Assembly: GCA_050952625.1 (NCBI GenBank)
Contig: JBMNLH010000004.1
Span: 224,001 to 288,000 of the forward strand
Length of the DNA stretch: 64,000 nt
Source of the DNA: Bacillota bacterium
Lineage (GTDB): Bacteria; Bacillota; Ch66; Ch109
Direction of reading: 5' to 3'
Shown here in pieces: positions 21,170 to 32,100 of the stretch (positions are counted from its first letter, which is position 1; every line of letters begins with the position of its first letter). The position numbers were made by a program, and so were the translations under genes. The notes beneath the pieces were generated by a model. That model was not told the DNA's origin. It did no database searches and saw only the letters and a list, made by a program, of their open reading frames with translations.

Positions 21170-22255
21170 TTATTCGGACATAAGTTGGTCAAAATGGTTG
21201 GCTACTTCTTCCTGTTTGTTGGGGAGGACATGGGCATAAATCTTTAGAGTGGTGAAACTGTCGTTATGGCCTAAGCGTTCGCTGACGGCGTTGATATACT
21301 CGCCAGCCGACAGAAGGATCGTGGCATGAATATGCCTGAGATGGTGAAAGGTGAGATCAGGGTATCCAAGTTTTTCTGCCATGTTAACAAACCGGTGATG
21401 AAGGTTTCGCCGGTCCTCGTAGCCGCCATTTCTGATGTTAGGGAAAACAAGGTTGTTTTGATTGTTAAATTCTCCACCGCTGGCCAGTTGCAGTTCAAGT
21501 TGTTTTTTTCGATGTTCTTTTAGAACATTAATAACCCGGTCCGTAATCTTTACATTCCGGGTACTGCTAACATTTTTGGTTCTCTCGCGGTGTTCGAATT
21601 TTTCCTCATCGTCAGAAAGGTGCAGGGCCTTGTTGACCCTAATGGTTTTTTCGTCCCAGAGGATATCGGACCAGGTTAACCCCAATAGCTCTGATTGACG
21701 CATACCTGTATAGGCGGCCGTATAGACAATCGCGTAATCCCGATGCCCTTCAAATCCTTTAAGAAATTCCCTCAATTCCTCTTTAGTCATTGGCACCCAG
21801 GCTTGGCCTGGGTGTTTTTTGCTCCTTGGGGGTTTGGCCTTGGTGCACGGGTTCTTTGGGATCAGCTCAAGATCAACAGCCTTTTCTAGGGCCTGACGGA
21901 GAATGGCGTGCTGGTAAGTTATTGCCCTGGCAGAAAGGCCCCCGCTTCGAATCACCTCATTACCTTTTTTGACCAACTTTCCATTTTCAGCCAGATAGTT
22001 ATAGTATTCCTGTATGTGTAAAGGGGTTAAGTAGCACAAGGGAATATGCCCCATAATGGGGATCATGTGTCGGGTAATTTCTTTGCGGTAAGCCTGGTAG
22101 GTTGTTTTCTCCAGATTTGGTTTAGCGTAGTTGTCCAAGACTTTTGTTTTGCGAGGTGGAGTTTTTCCTGTGCCGCCCTTTTTCAGATAGACAATTATTT
22201 TATACTTTTTCCCTTTGATTATCTCCTGGACTTTGCCGCTGAGTTTTTCGTTCAT
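21170..22255 (-). CDS. Prophage tyrosine integrase (apparent in-frame internal deletion near 22140)
   Basis: YTGMRQSELLGL, FHHLRHIHAT, RLGH, IYAH. Adjacent to tRNA-Ser; TTTGCAC repeats at 21149 and 21160. Confidence 0.92.
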   Translation of the reverse strand: MNEKLSGKVQEIIKGKKYKIIVYLKKGGTGKTPPRKTKVLDNYAKPNLEKTTYQAYRKEITRHMIPIMGHIPLCYLTPLHIQEYYNYLAENGKLVKKGNEVIRSGGLSARAITYQHAILRQALEKAVDLELIPKNPCTKAKPPRSKKHPGQAWVPMTKEELREFLKGFEGHRDYAIVYTAAYTGMRQSELLGLTWSDILWDEKTIRVNKALHLSDDEEKFEHRERTKNVSSTRNVKITDRVINVLKEHRKKQLELQLASGGEFNNQNNLVFPNIRNGGYEDRRNLHHRFVNMAEKLGYPDLTFHHLRHIHATILLSAGEYINAVSERLGHNDSFTTLKIYAHVLPNKQEEVANHFDQLMSE

Positions 22256-22283
22256 GGGCCATCACCCGATAGTATTAATTTTT

Positions 22284-22964
22284 TTACTTAATATTCAGTT
22301 TTGGTTTTGGAGCGCACGAACGCAGGCCGTCGATATGCTCAAAAAGTTCTGGTTTAATGTCGGCGTGTAGGGGGTCCAAAACAAAATCCAAACCCTCCCT
22401 GCGAGCCAATTTAGCGGCAGGAACAAAATCACTATCACCCGAAATAAGGACGATTTGTTCAATTTGCTTTTTATAAGCGAGTGAAGCAATATCTATGCCT
22501 ATTTTAATATCAACGCCTTTTTGTTCAAGATTAAGAACAAAATCTGCGGCTTTTATTTCCTCCCATTTCTTCCTTCCGTTACATAAGTCTTTAACCGCGT
22601 CATTGCTAAGCGTATAAACAGATTGTTTCTCCGCAAGCATACCAAGCCTGAGAGCGACTTTTCTCTTTTTTCTAAGCTCATTTAAAAAATCTGTCATCCA
22701 GATATATGATTCTGTCTTTTTTAGATTAACATTAGTTTTCAAAAACGGATGGTATTTTGGAATGCCGATAGGCGGGCAGTCATAATAAAAAATTCGGTAT
22801 AATTGATGATCTTCATGTTTTTCTTTTAAATGGTGCATGCAATAGGTTATCAACTCATTTGCCCGATCAGCCGGTGTTTTTCTCCCCCACAAGTATTGCG
22901 CCCGTTTTTGATAGAATCCTCCATCAACAAGTATTGCTGTTTTAGACATAAAAGTTTTGGACAT
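22284..22964 (-). CDS. NYN/LabA (PIN-fold) ribonuclease domain protein
   Basis: AILVDGGF, RIFYYDC, EQKGVDIKIGIDI, LISGDSDFVPAAKLARREG. Confidence 0.92.
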   Translation of the reverse strand: MSKTFMSKTAILVDGGFYQKRAQYLWGRKTPADRANELITYCMHHLKEKHEDHQLYRIFYYDCPPIGIPKYHPFLKTNVNLKKTESYIWMTDFLNELRKKRKVALRLGMLAEKQSVYTLSNDAVKDLCNGRKKWEEIKAADFVLNLEQKGVDIKIGIDIASLAYKKQIEQIVLISGDSDFVPAAKLARREGLDFVLDPLHADIKPELFEHIDGLRSCAPKPKLNIK

Positions 22965-22988
22965 AAAACCCTCCCTTTAAAATACTAA

Positions 22989-23042
22989 AGGCCCTTGGTT
23001 TTAGCACTTCCCTAATACTGGGAGACCTACTTCCAAGGGCCT
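22989..23042 (-). ncRNA. Structured leader RNA upstream of the NYN gene
   Basis: Perfect 10-bp stem AGGCCCTTGG/CCAAGGGCCT enclosing TAG/CTA and TCCC/GGGA stems with internal loops. Confidence 0.6.
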
Positions 23043-23082
23043 GTTTAACTTTGTGACAGCTAATTTGCTTAACTGTATTACT

Positions 23083-23111
23083 ATATTATGCCCTTATTTG
23101 TAAAAATGCAA
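23083..23111 (-). promoter_or_regulatory. Sigma-A promoter for the leader RNA and NYN gene
   Basis: TTGCAT-17 bp-TAATAT on the minus strand. Confidence 0.6.
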
Positions 23112-23386
23112 CCATTATATTTCGACATTTTTCAAAATCAACTGGTCTTTTTGCTGATTTTTTTCGTCTCCCCGTTCATTATTCTTTAATGGTCATTTTT
23201 AGTTGGCTTGCCCCATACATTTCCTCCGTATTATTGAAATATATTTTAATTCTGAAATATATTTTAATCCCCGGAGAGGGGCTTCAAATTTCAAATTCAT
23301 AACTTAAAAATTATATAGTCTGGTCGCCGCCTGACCGCCAAGTCAACTAAGTTGGGCCTGGCTATATAACGATCTCTAAAGTATAG

Positions 23387-23737
23387 TTAAACATTCAATC
23401 GACGTACAAATTTAACATCATCTTCAATCAAGATACAAATCCCTTCAACTAAGGCTAAAATGGCAGGAATGAATGTCCAGCAAAAGAGTATATACAAAAT
23501 GCCCTTCCCTGTTTGGCCCATGTAAAATTTATGCACTCCTATCCCTCCAAGCAATAAGGCAAACAAACCCGCAGCAATTCTGCTTTTATTCCCTGGGATT
23601 TGGGGCTGGGGGGTAAATTGTCTGACTCCGCAATGCGGACATATTTCAGCCTCTTTTTTTACTTGACCTCCACAAGATCTACAAAAGACATCGGTGGGAT
23701 AATTTACTTGAGGCCCAATGGTTGTATCATTCGACAT
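23387..23737 (-). CDS. Zinc-ribbon plus TM2 domain membrane protein
   Basis: FCRSCG...ICPHCG, KSRIAAGLFALLLGGIGVHKFYMG; RBS AGGAGG. Confidence 0.9.
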   Translation of the reverse strand: MSNDTTIGPQVNYPTDVFCRSCGGQVKKEAEICPHCGVRQFTPQPQIPGNKSRIAAGLFALLLGGIGVHKFYMGQTGKGILYILFCWTFIPAILALVEGICILIEDDVKFVRRLNV

Positions 23738-23820
23738 TTTTAAATCCTCCTTTTGAATCATGTATTCATACCCGACAAATTTACTCAGAATTCTCCATAA
23801 AACACAAAATCTCGGAGCCC

Positions 23821-24025
23821 TCATTTTTGCTTCCAAGATGCTAGGTTTATGATTACGTTTTTATCGATTTCGGTTATATCTGGATCCGATCCGCCGGCTA
23901 CGTCGCCGTGAGCCTGTATCAATTCCTCCCAGGTCATAAGTAGTCCTAGACGGGTCAGTTCGGTTTCTGCACCGCAATATTCGCAGTACCGCGCATCCCC
24001 GGGATTGTTTGCACCGCACCACTCG
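23821..24025 (-). pseudogene. C-terminal zinc-ribbon remnant, possibly of an ImmA/IrrE-type antirepressor
   Basis: CGANNPGDARYCEYCGAET out of frame with the repressor; no start codon context or HExxH motif. Confidence 0.5.
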
Positions 24026-24271
24026 ATATATAGCATCGTAGAGCTTTTTTGTTTTTGGTGCAGGTGGGGATGGGTTGCTTGTACTACCAAGCAGATAATC
24101 AACGGAAACTCCAAAAAAATCCGCGAGCTTTTTTACAGTCTCGAAATCGGGTTCGCGTTTACCGTTTTCGTAATTGCCGTACGCTTGACGGGTTACCCCT
24201 AAAAAATCAGCTATTTGTTGATGCGTAAGGTTTTTGTCCGTGCGCAATTTTTCTAGTCTTTTACAAAACAT
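23861..24271 (-). CDS. XRE-family prophage repressor (HTH; tail probably altered by deletion)
   Basis: RLEKLR...LTHQQIADFLGVTRQAYGNYENGKREPD...FFGVSVDYLLG. Confidence 0.9.
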   Translation of the reverse strand: MFCKRLEKLRTDKNLTHQQIADFLGVTRQAYGNYENGKREPDFETVKKLADFFGVSVDYLLGSTSNPSPPAPKTKKLYDAIYRVVRCKQSRGCAVLRILRCRNRTDPSRTTYDLGGIDTGSRRRSRRIGSRYNRNR

Positions 24272-24307
24272 ATTTTCCCCACCTTATCGAATTACTTTAA
24301 TTATACA

Positions 24308-24414
24308 GCAACTTATTGTTGCGGAAAATAAACGTAACAATAAGTTGCAATAGGACTTGACAGCAACGATACGTTGCGTATAATGTAAGGTATAGCGACG
24401 AAACAAATCGTTGC
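24308..24414. promoter_or_regulatory. Lysis-lysogeny switch: four GCAAC-N5-GTTGC-type operators and a TTGACA-N16-TATAAT promoter
   Basis: Operators at 24308, 24334, 24363 and 24400; promoter 24357-24384. Confidence 0.8.
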
Positions 24415-24429
24415 ATCGGAGGTGATAAC

Positions 24430-24624
24430 TTGACAAGGGAGTGGTTGGTTAAGGCCCGGGGCGATATTACCCATGAACAAGTCGCTGAACAGGTGGGCAT
24501 CAGAAGACAATACTATGGCATGATTGAGAACGGTAACCGCACCCCTAGCGTAAATATAGCTAAAAAAATTGCTGCTTTTTTAGGGTTTGATTGGACTATT
24601 TTTTTTAAAGATCAAGGCAACTAA
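24430..24624 (+). CDS. Cro-like XRE regulator
   Basis: THEQVAEQVGIRRQYYGMIENGNRTPS; divergent from the repressor; RBS GGAGG. Confidence 0.9.
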   Translation: MTREWLVKARGDITHEQVAEQVGIRRQYYGMIENGNRTPSVNIAKKIAAFLGFDWTIFFKDQGN

Positions 24625-25726
24625 TCAATTCGCCTACTTGACCTTGGGGAACCGGCTGACCATTCTCATCCACCAGCCTAGCCTCCCAGTTAAATCCCGG
24701 CTGGCCGATCGCTCCGACTTTGTGGATGTTTTCTAGCCCCAGGTGAACGCAGCCTGGTCCGGTTGCTTCACTCAAACCATAGTTGGTATCATACAGATGA
24801 TTCGGAAAATATTTTTTCCACCGGCGGATTAGACTTGGCGGTACCGGCTGGGCCCCGATGTGCATTAACCGCCACTGGTCAAGTTCATAATTTTTTTGGT
24901 CAACTTCGCCACTTTCGATGGCGTCCAGGATGTCCTGAGCCCATGGCACCAGTAGCCAGACAATGGTCGCTTTTTCTTCGGATACTGCTTCCAAAATCCA
25001 CTTGGGCGTAACCCCGCGCAGGATCACCGCCTTTGCCCCGACAATCAGATTCCCAAACCAGTGCATTTTCGCCCCAGTATGGTACAGCGGCGGGATGCAC
25101 AGAAAATTATCTTCCCCGGTCTGGAGATGATGCCGGTTTTCGGTAATCGCGGCGGAGACGAGGTTTGCATGAGTTAACAAAATCGGTTTTGGGGTCCCGG
25201 TGGTCCCAGAGGAAAAATAAATAGCGGCAGGATCATGATCAACTACAATTACTTCAGGTGCCTCAGCCGGGAATCTTTCCAGGAGTTGGGCGTAGCTTTC
25301 CGCTTTGTCCGGGCAGTCTTCGCCCACATAAATAAAGTGTTCAACTTGCGGCAGTTGGTCCCTAATCGTCTCAATTCTTTCTTGGAACTCGGGTCCGTAG
25401 ACCAGCACCTTGGCGTCAGCCGCCTCCAAACAACTCTTGATTTCTGCCGGGGTTAACCGGAAGTTGAGGGAAACCGCTAGGGCACCGGTTTTCATAATTC
25501 CGAAATAAACCGGCAGCCATTCCAAACAATTCATCATCAATAGAGCAACTTTGTCTTCGCGCTTAATACCGTGAGCCATTAAGGCATTAGCCAGCTTATT
25601 GGCCAGGTTATCAAATTCCAGCCAGGTTATTTCCCTTCGCCGGTTTGCCCCTGGTTCGCGCTCAATTAAAGCTGTCGCGTCAGGCTGAACCCGGGCATTC
25701 CGGGCGAGCATTTCCATTATTGGCAT
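24605..25726 (-). pseudogene. Acyl-CoA synthetase (AMP-binding), C-terminally truncated at the prophage junction
   Basis: YFSSGTTGTPK, NYGLSE, GQVGELI, then ends without the TGD/GR and C-terminal domain. Confidence 0.88.
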
Positions 25727-25989
25727 AAAACAATTACCCCCTTGCGTTACGACGCAGCTTAAAAACTAGCTATACTGTGCTTAACTTGTTCTTCGGTTTA
25801 CTTGCTCATCCCTAAAAAGCAAAATAATCCTCGATCGGGCGAGGATAGAATGCAAAAAAATAAAACTACCGTCCTGCCATCCTACTACCCTCCTCTTCCT
25901 TCAGAAGTTAAGTTGTCCTGATTGACATTTTAATTCTCTATAATTGTCGTATTTCCTGCTATTAACTACTCCTTGAATTAGGTTTCTTA

Positions 25990-26066
25990 GTGAACTCGAT
26001 CAAGCTTCGCTGAACATCGGAGCTTCAGAATGGATGCTCCACGCCACCCGAAGTTTAAACAAGGTA
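25990..26066 (-). repeat. Repeat family A, partial divergent copy
   Basis: GTGAACTCG...CTTCGCTGAACATCG...GAAGTTTAAACAAGGTA. Confidence 0.7.
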
Positions 26067-26084
26067 CTAGAATTAGGATGCCTG

Positions 26085-26170
26085 TGTCTTAACTCGGTCA
26101 GCAGGCTTAACTGGAAACGAAAACAATAATGTAAACTGCCAATTGCTGATCCTCGTTAAAACACAACGCG
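26085..26170 (+). repeat. Repeat family C, short form
   Basis: TTAACTCGGTCAGCAGGCT...AATGTAAAC.GCCAAT.GCTGA; matches the reverse complement of 52688-52775. Confidence 0.65.
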
Positions 26171-26600
26171 GATCATAGTTTTCATGTTCTAATGGTACTG
26201 CTTTGCGGTATAGAGATTCACTATGCGATAATGGTTTTCCATAGACTCACCAGTTAAATATTGGTATGGAAATTGACCCGATTTTTAGCAGGAATTGTCG
26301 TTCCTTTGTAGAAGGATAATTTGTTAAAGAGTTAATGGAAATCTGCCTAAAGTTTGGAGTGTTTTTTCGGTTTACAACTGGGTATATCAAATGAAGTATG
26401 TCAAAAACAACACTATTATATCATAGATCGAGTACCAGAACTCCTTGGGGAGTTTACAATGGCGGAGATTTCTTTGATTGGGGTTATTGTGCAGTTGTTG
26501 CCTAAATTGTTGAGACAAAGATTTCTGGGAGAATAGATGGCTATTTTGTGATTACTGGCTTAGTCCATATCTTTTCCACTTTAAGAAAGGAACGATAAAC

Positions 26601-28396
26601 ATGTCTATTGATAAACAACAATATTTTCGAAAAGTACGGGCCATTATGCGTACAGTCATTATCTTGTTCGCGATTAGTCTCGCTTTACCAACTGTAACTT
26701 TGGCCAGCGAAGGAATTGTCAACGGTTCAGTTGTGAACCTGCGGAGTGGGCCGGGCCTTGAGCACGCTCGAATTAGCCAGGTGCTAAAAGGTGACAGGCT
26801 TGATATTTTGCAGGAAAACTGTGGCTGGTACCAGGTAAAACGAGGCGAAAAAACAGCCTGGATCGCCGGTTGGCTGGTGGAGTTGGTGAACGCGGAAATA
26901 GTCCCTAGTGTCAATCAAGGGGCTGACCAATCACTAAATAATGGCCAACCTGATCCGATAAATAGTGATGATACTACTACCGAAGTCAATCCAAACCCAA
27001 ATAGTTCTGCTCCCAACGAAACCAGTCTTAATCCACCCGACACCTGGCTAAACATCCCCGGGCTGACCGAAAGCGGGTCAGAAGGTGTGCCACAGGATCA
27101 GAATCAAAGCAATCAGATACCAGAGGCGGGCACGGTCCAGCTTAGACTGGAGAATAGTGAAGCCGGTATTAAACTGTTTATGGATTCGGTCGAAGAGTTG
27201 GAAGCCGAGGTAAAAGAGTATAGCGCCCAGGATAAAAGTCAGGTTGTTTATCGTTTTAAAGACAAAAAAATAGCGGGCGATTCGCGCTTGTCAGTTAAAT
27301 TGGGCGGGGGAAAGGGAGAATTGCTTCAAGTAAGTGCCGTGGAACTAACCGATTCCCTGCAGGTGCTGATCGAATTCCCTAAAGGATTAATCTACGAAAC
27401 TGCTTCAGACAGCAATGACGGTCAGTATCAATTCTATTTACCGAACCAGTTGACTGAGATCACGGAAGTGGTTTCCGGGAACGGGATGCAGACAATCCTT
27501 CTTCGGGCTACTTCCCCGATTAAGTATCAGTCTGATAGCCCCGACGGTAAGGTCCAAATTGATTTATTGGGAATTCACCAGGGCGATCGCTTAACTATCC
27601 CTTATTTAAAAGGGGCAGTGGCTAGCCGTGTGTCGGTTAAGGAACAGACTGAAAGGAAGCCGGCTGAAAAGAAGCAAACTGAAAAAGAGCCGGCTGGAGA
27701 GTCGCCGGTAACTAAGTTGGAATTCAAAATTCAGGATATGAAACGGTTCAGCACGGCTGAATTATGTGATAATACCGTGGTCAGTTTGGTCCTGATCCCA
27801 GTTAAAATGACAGGGGATGCGGGAACTGATCAGGAAACAGTCGTGGTTATTGATCCCGGCCATGGCGGAAGCGATCCCGGAGCGATCGCGAGCAGTTCCA
27901 AATGTCAGGAAAAAGACCATAACTTAGCGATCGCTCTATTGGTCAAAGAACAACTGGAGCAAGAAGGATTGAAGGTTATCAGCACTCGAACGGATGATAG
28001 GTATCTTAGTTTGGAGGAAAGAAGTCAGATAGCGAACCGGGCTGAAGCTAGTGTGTTTGTGGCCATCCATTGTGATTCGTTTACCAGTCCGACGGTGTCC
28101 GGGACGACAACCTTTTACTATGCTCCCCGGACAAGCTGCAATTAGCTGCGCAAAGAGAGGAACGGAAACGACTGGCCCAATTTGTCCAGCAAAAGCTAGT
28201 TCAGGAGCTAGGCAGAAATAATCGAGGGGTAAAAGAGCAAAATCTATCTGTTTTACGTAATACGGAAATGCCTTCAATTCTAACCGAAGTAGCTTTCGTG
28301 AGTAACCCAGAAGAGGATCGGCTCCTGCAGCAGCCTGATTTCAGGAAGCGTGCGGCCCAGGCGATCGCCGCCGGCATAATGGAGTATTTAGATTAG
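26601..28396 (+). CDS. SH3-domain N-acetylmuramoyl-L-alanine amidase (frameshift near 28127)
   Basis: VNLRSGPG SH3b, VVIDPGHGGSDPGA, EKDHNL, FVAIHCD. The shifted frame gives LSVLRNTEMPSILTEVAFVSN. Confidence 0.9.
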
Positions 28397-28449
28397 AAAA
28401 AAAGGATTTTTCTGATTGGTGGAGAATAGTATTTTATAGAAAACTTAAT

Positions 28450-28595
28450 AAACGGCAAACAGACAGGGAAGCCGGTGAAAATCCGGCGCGGTCGCGCCAC
28501 TGTCAGGAGGAGCGATCTCACATTAGGCCACTGGGTAACACCTGGGAAGGCGTGGGAGAGCGGTGAATCCGAGCCAGGATATCTGTTGTTTGTTG
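28450..28595 (+). promoter_or_regulatory. Cobalamin riboswitch
   Basis: AGGGAAgccGGTGAAAATCCggcGCGGtcgCGCCACTGT...GCCACTGG...GGGAAGG...GAGCCAGGA; terminator-like hairpin at 28659-28698. Confidence 0.93.
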
Positions 28596-28850
28596 ATAAA
28601 CGTTTTACGTAAACGTTAAGCTCCCTACGCAGGATGGGGTAGTTATGATCCTAGTTATGACCCCTTGTTCTTTTTTGGAGCAGGGGTATTTGTTTTTTCA
28701 GGGCATGTATTTCGCGATGTAGGCAGGCTTAAGTCTGCCTATTTTTTACATAATCAGAAAGTATAAGTGACTTTCTGATTATAAGTAAGGGCAACTAGGG
28801 CTTACGCCTGCACCAAGGGCTTGGCGTAAGCCAAGTTTTCTTTATTTACT

Positions 28851-29030
28851 AACCGCCCGTGCCCGTTAGGCACAACTACCGATAAAAATAGCGGACATAT
28901 GTCATCCTGAGCGTGAGCGAATGATCTTGCTTCTCAGCGTGGGAAGGATTCTTCGCTTCGCTCAGAATTATCAGGCGTTGCCAGCACCACCATAAACGAA
29001 TAATGGTTGTATTTAGCAATAACACGATAA
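28851..29030 (+). repeat. Repeat family B (GTCATCCTGAGCG...GATTCTTCGCTTCGCTCAGAAT palindromic element)
   Basis: Homologous to 42538-42705 and 57980-58070; fragments at 40290 and 58098. Confidence 0.8.
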
Positions 29031-29191
29031 TAACTATTTCCGTTTAGACAATTCATTGTAAAACCAGGATTAATGGAAATTTTGTCGGAGGAGTTGATGC
29101 GAATAAGCGACTAGGAATAAGTAAAGATGACTAAAAGGAAGACAAGCATAACATAAGAGAAGTGGAATCATTTGAAGGGAGGTTTATCTCG

Positions 29192-32100
29192 ATGCGGAGA
29201 AACCAAAAGTTTTATCAATCCTTGGCAATGCTGCTGGTTGCCCTGATGATCTGCGCAACGATTGTGGGACAGACCGACATGTCGGCGCGGGCAGACAGTG
29301 GAAACCTGGCTGACAAAGCGGTCGCTTTTCTCAAGAGTGAATACCAGGCCAATGGAGCTCAGGGCGGTATTGGAAGTATCGGGCCCTACGACGCTTACGT
29401 TCTTCAGTCTGTTGGGGTGGATGTGAGCGACTGGAAGTATAATGACCAATCCCTGCTGGATGCTGTGACCAATTTGGTGAATCAAGACCTCAGCAATCCA
29501 ACGGCCCCGGTTAAGCACCTCGCTGAGGACCTGATTGCGATGCAGGAACTTGGCAACAACAGCTTAGTCGATCAGTTGAAAATGCTTTTACAGAACAGAC
29601 AAAACAATGACGGCTCGTTCCAAGACGATGCCAGTGTTTATAGCATCATCCCGGCCTATGAATTGTTGGGCCGGGCCGGTCAACTCAGTGCGGTTAATAG
29701 TGTGGTTAATGCGGCATATGCCCAAAACTATATTCTGGAACAGCAGGACACTACAACCGGGGCCTGGCCCAAAGATTGGCCTGATTTTATGGTCACTGCC
29801 CAGGCAGTGCGGGCCCTGAACTATCTCGTTCCCGGAGCTGCTGCCGATTCCGCGGTCGGTCAGGCTATAGCCCGGGGCTGCGACTGGCTCAAAGACCAGC
29901 AGCAGTCGGACGGCAGTTTTCTAGCCACCCAATTTGACGATCCTCTGATGGATACAGCGGAGGCGATCCTCACCCAGAAGGCCCTGGGCCTTGATCCAGC
30001 TAACGCTTGGACCACTGACGGCCAGAGTGCCGTTGATTATCTAACTAAGAGTGCTTTGAATGATGATGGCAGTTTTGGCTTCAGCCGGAATACCACGGAT
30101 GCCACCTGGGCCTTAGATAGTCTTAAACTGCTGGGGATTCTGCCTTCGGGCAGCAACGGCAGCAGTGGTGACAAGCCTTCAACCAACGTCAATGTCCGGG
30201 TTCGGGTCGAAGGGATCACAGGTCCGCCAGTGGACACTACGGTGAGTGTGTCCGGCACGGCCCTGGATGCCTTGAAGCAAGCAGTGGGCAGCAGCAACGT
30301 GGCCGCTCCCGGCGGATTTATCAACAGCATTAATGGTGAAGCGGGCGATCCGGCCGGGAATCCCCCTACCAGTTGGTTTTATTATGTAATAAGAGATGGG
30401 GAAATCGATCCGGTAGCGTTTGGCAGTGGCCCCGACGGGTACCAAATTCAGAATGGCGATCAGGTGATTTTCTACATTGGGGCTTATGATGCGGAGAGTT
30501 ATGCCAATCTGACCTATTTCCCGGTGGTGAGCCTAACGCCCGAGGCACCGATCGCCGGCCAAACAATCACCCTCAGCATTTCAGCCAAGAAGTATGACTG
30601 GAATACGGGTTTGCTGCAAGACCTGTCCAGTGCCGAAGCGGCGGCCATCGGCGACTATACGGTAACCTTCGGGGAAACAACCTACACCAGCAGTAATGGG
30701 CTGGTAGTCATTCCCAACGTAGCAGCGGGTAACCTGAGTTACGTGATTACTAACCAGAACAGTGTCGGCTATCCCAACGTGGTGCCCTGTCGGGGCAGCA
30801 TCAATGTTGCTGCTGGAAGCGGCAACAGCCCTCAACCTTCAACTTGCAGCGTGAGCATAGCCGTGGTGGGCAGAAACGGAGAAATCCTCTTTGGGCCGAC
30901 AACCGTGACCGTAATCTCCACCAATCCATGGGGACTGACAGCCCTGGGGGCCCTGGATGCTACTGGACTGTCTTACACTATATCAACCAAATGGGATGGC
31001 TACGTGGACTCCGTTGCCGGACAGGCCAACAGCGGGATGCAGGGATGGATGTACACGGTCAATGATACTGCCCCTTTGGGTTTAGCCAAGGATCAGGTTA
31101 TTGCCAGCGGTGATCGGGTGATCTGGTATTATAGCCAAAACATTGACCAGGCAGCCCCAACCTGGGCGCAACTGACTTCCGGAAGACCGTTAACTCCCGA
31201 AGTGGTGACAAGTACCACCGGGAACGCGGTGGTCAACCCGGCTGCCGGGGGTACTGTCGGATTGGGTAATGAGGTAGTGGTCAGTATTCCGGCCGGTGCT
31301 TTGAAAGGAGCTACCGGCGTGCCTGTGACCATTCAGAAAGTAAGTACTCCGCCCGCTGCTCCGACCGGGTTCAAGCTGCTTGGCCCAGTTTTTAAGATTA
31401 ACGTGGGTGATACTAGCGGCTATCAATTTAACGAGCCGGTTACCCTGACTTTTAGCTTGGATTTAGCCGATCTGCCCGAAGGAGAAACACCGTCGGTGTA
31501 CTATTACGATGAAACTGCTTTAGAATGGGTGAACCTGGGCGGGACCGTATCCGAGGGCACCATTACGGTAAGGATTGACCATTTGACCAAGTTTGCGGTG
31601 TTTATCAAGGATATTCAGGAAGAAGTCCCTCTTCCGGTTCCGGCCCAGGTATTTACCGATGTTCAGCCATCCTCCTGGGCCAGTGAGGCGATAAACCAGT
31701 TGTCTGGACTGGGCTATATCAGCGGCTACCCAGATGGAACCTTCAAACCAGATAACCAGATTACCCGAGCGGAGTTGGTGTGCCTGCTGAACAAGGCACT
31801 AGGGCTGTCCGCCTATACCCCCGCGGTGCCGGATTTTCGTGATGTGTCCGCGGCAGACTGGTTCTACGAAGCAGTGGAGAATGCAGTCCACGCCGGCCTG
31901 GTCAAGGGTTACGGCAACCTCTTTAACCCGAACGATCAGATCAAGCGGGAAGAGTTGGCCACCATCATGGTCAATGCCCTGGGCAAACATGACGAAGCCA
32001 CGGCGAGCCGGAACGAGAGGACCAGCTTTACGGACGACCTCAGCCTTTCCGACTGGGCAAGGGGCTTCGTGGTGGTGGCCGCAAAGTCGGAATTAATCAA

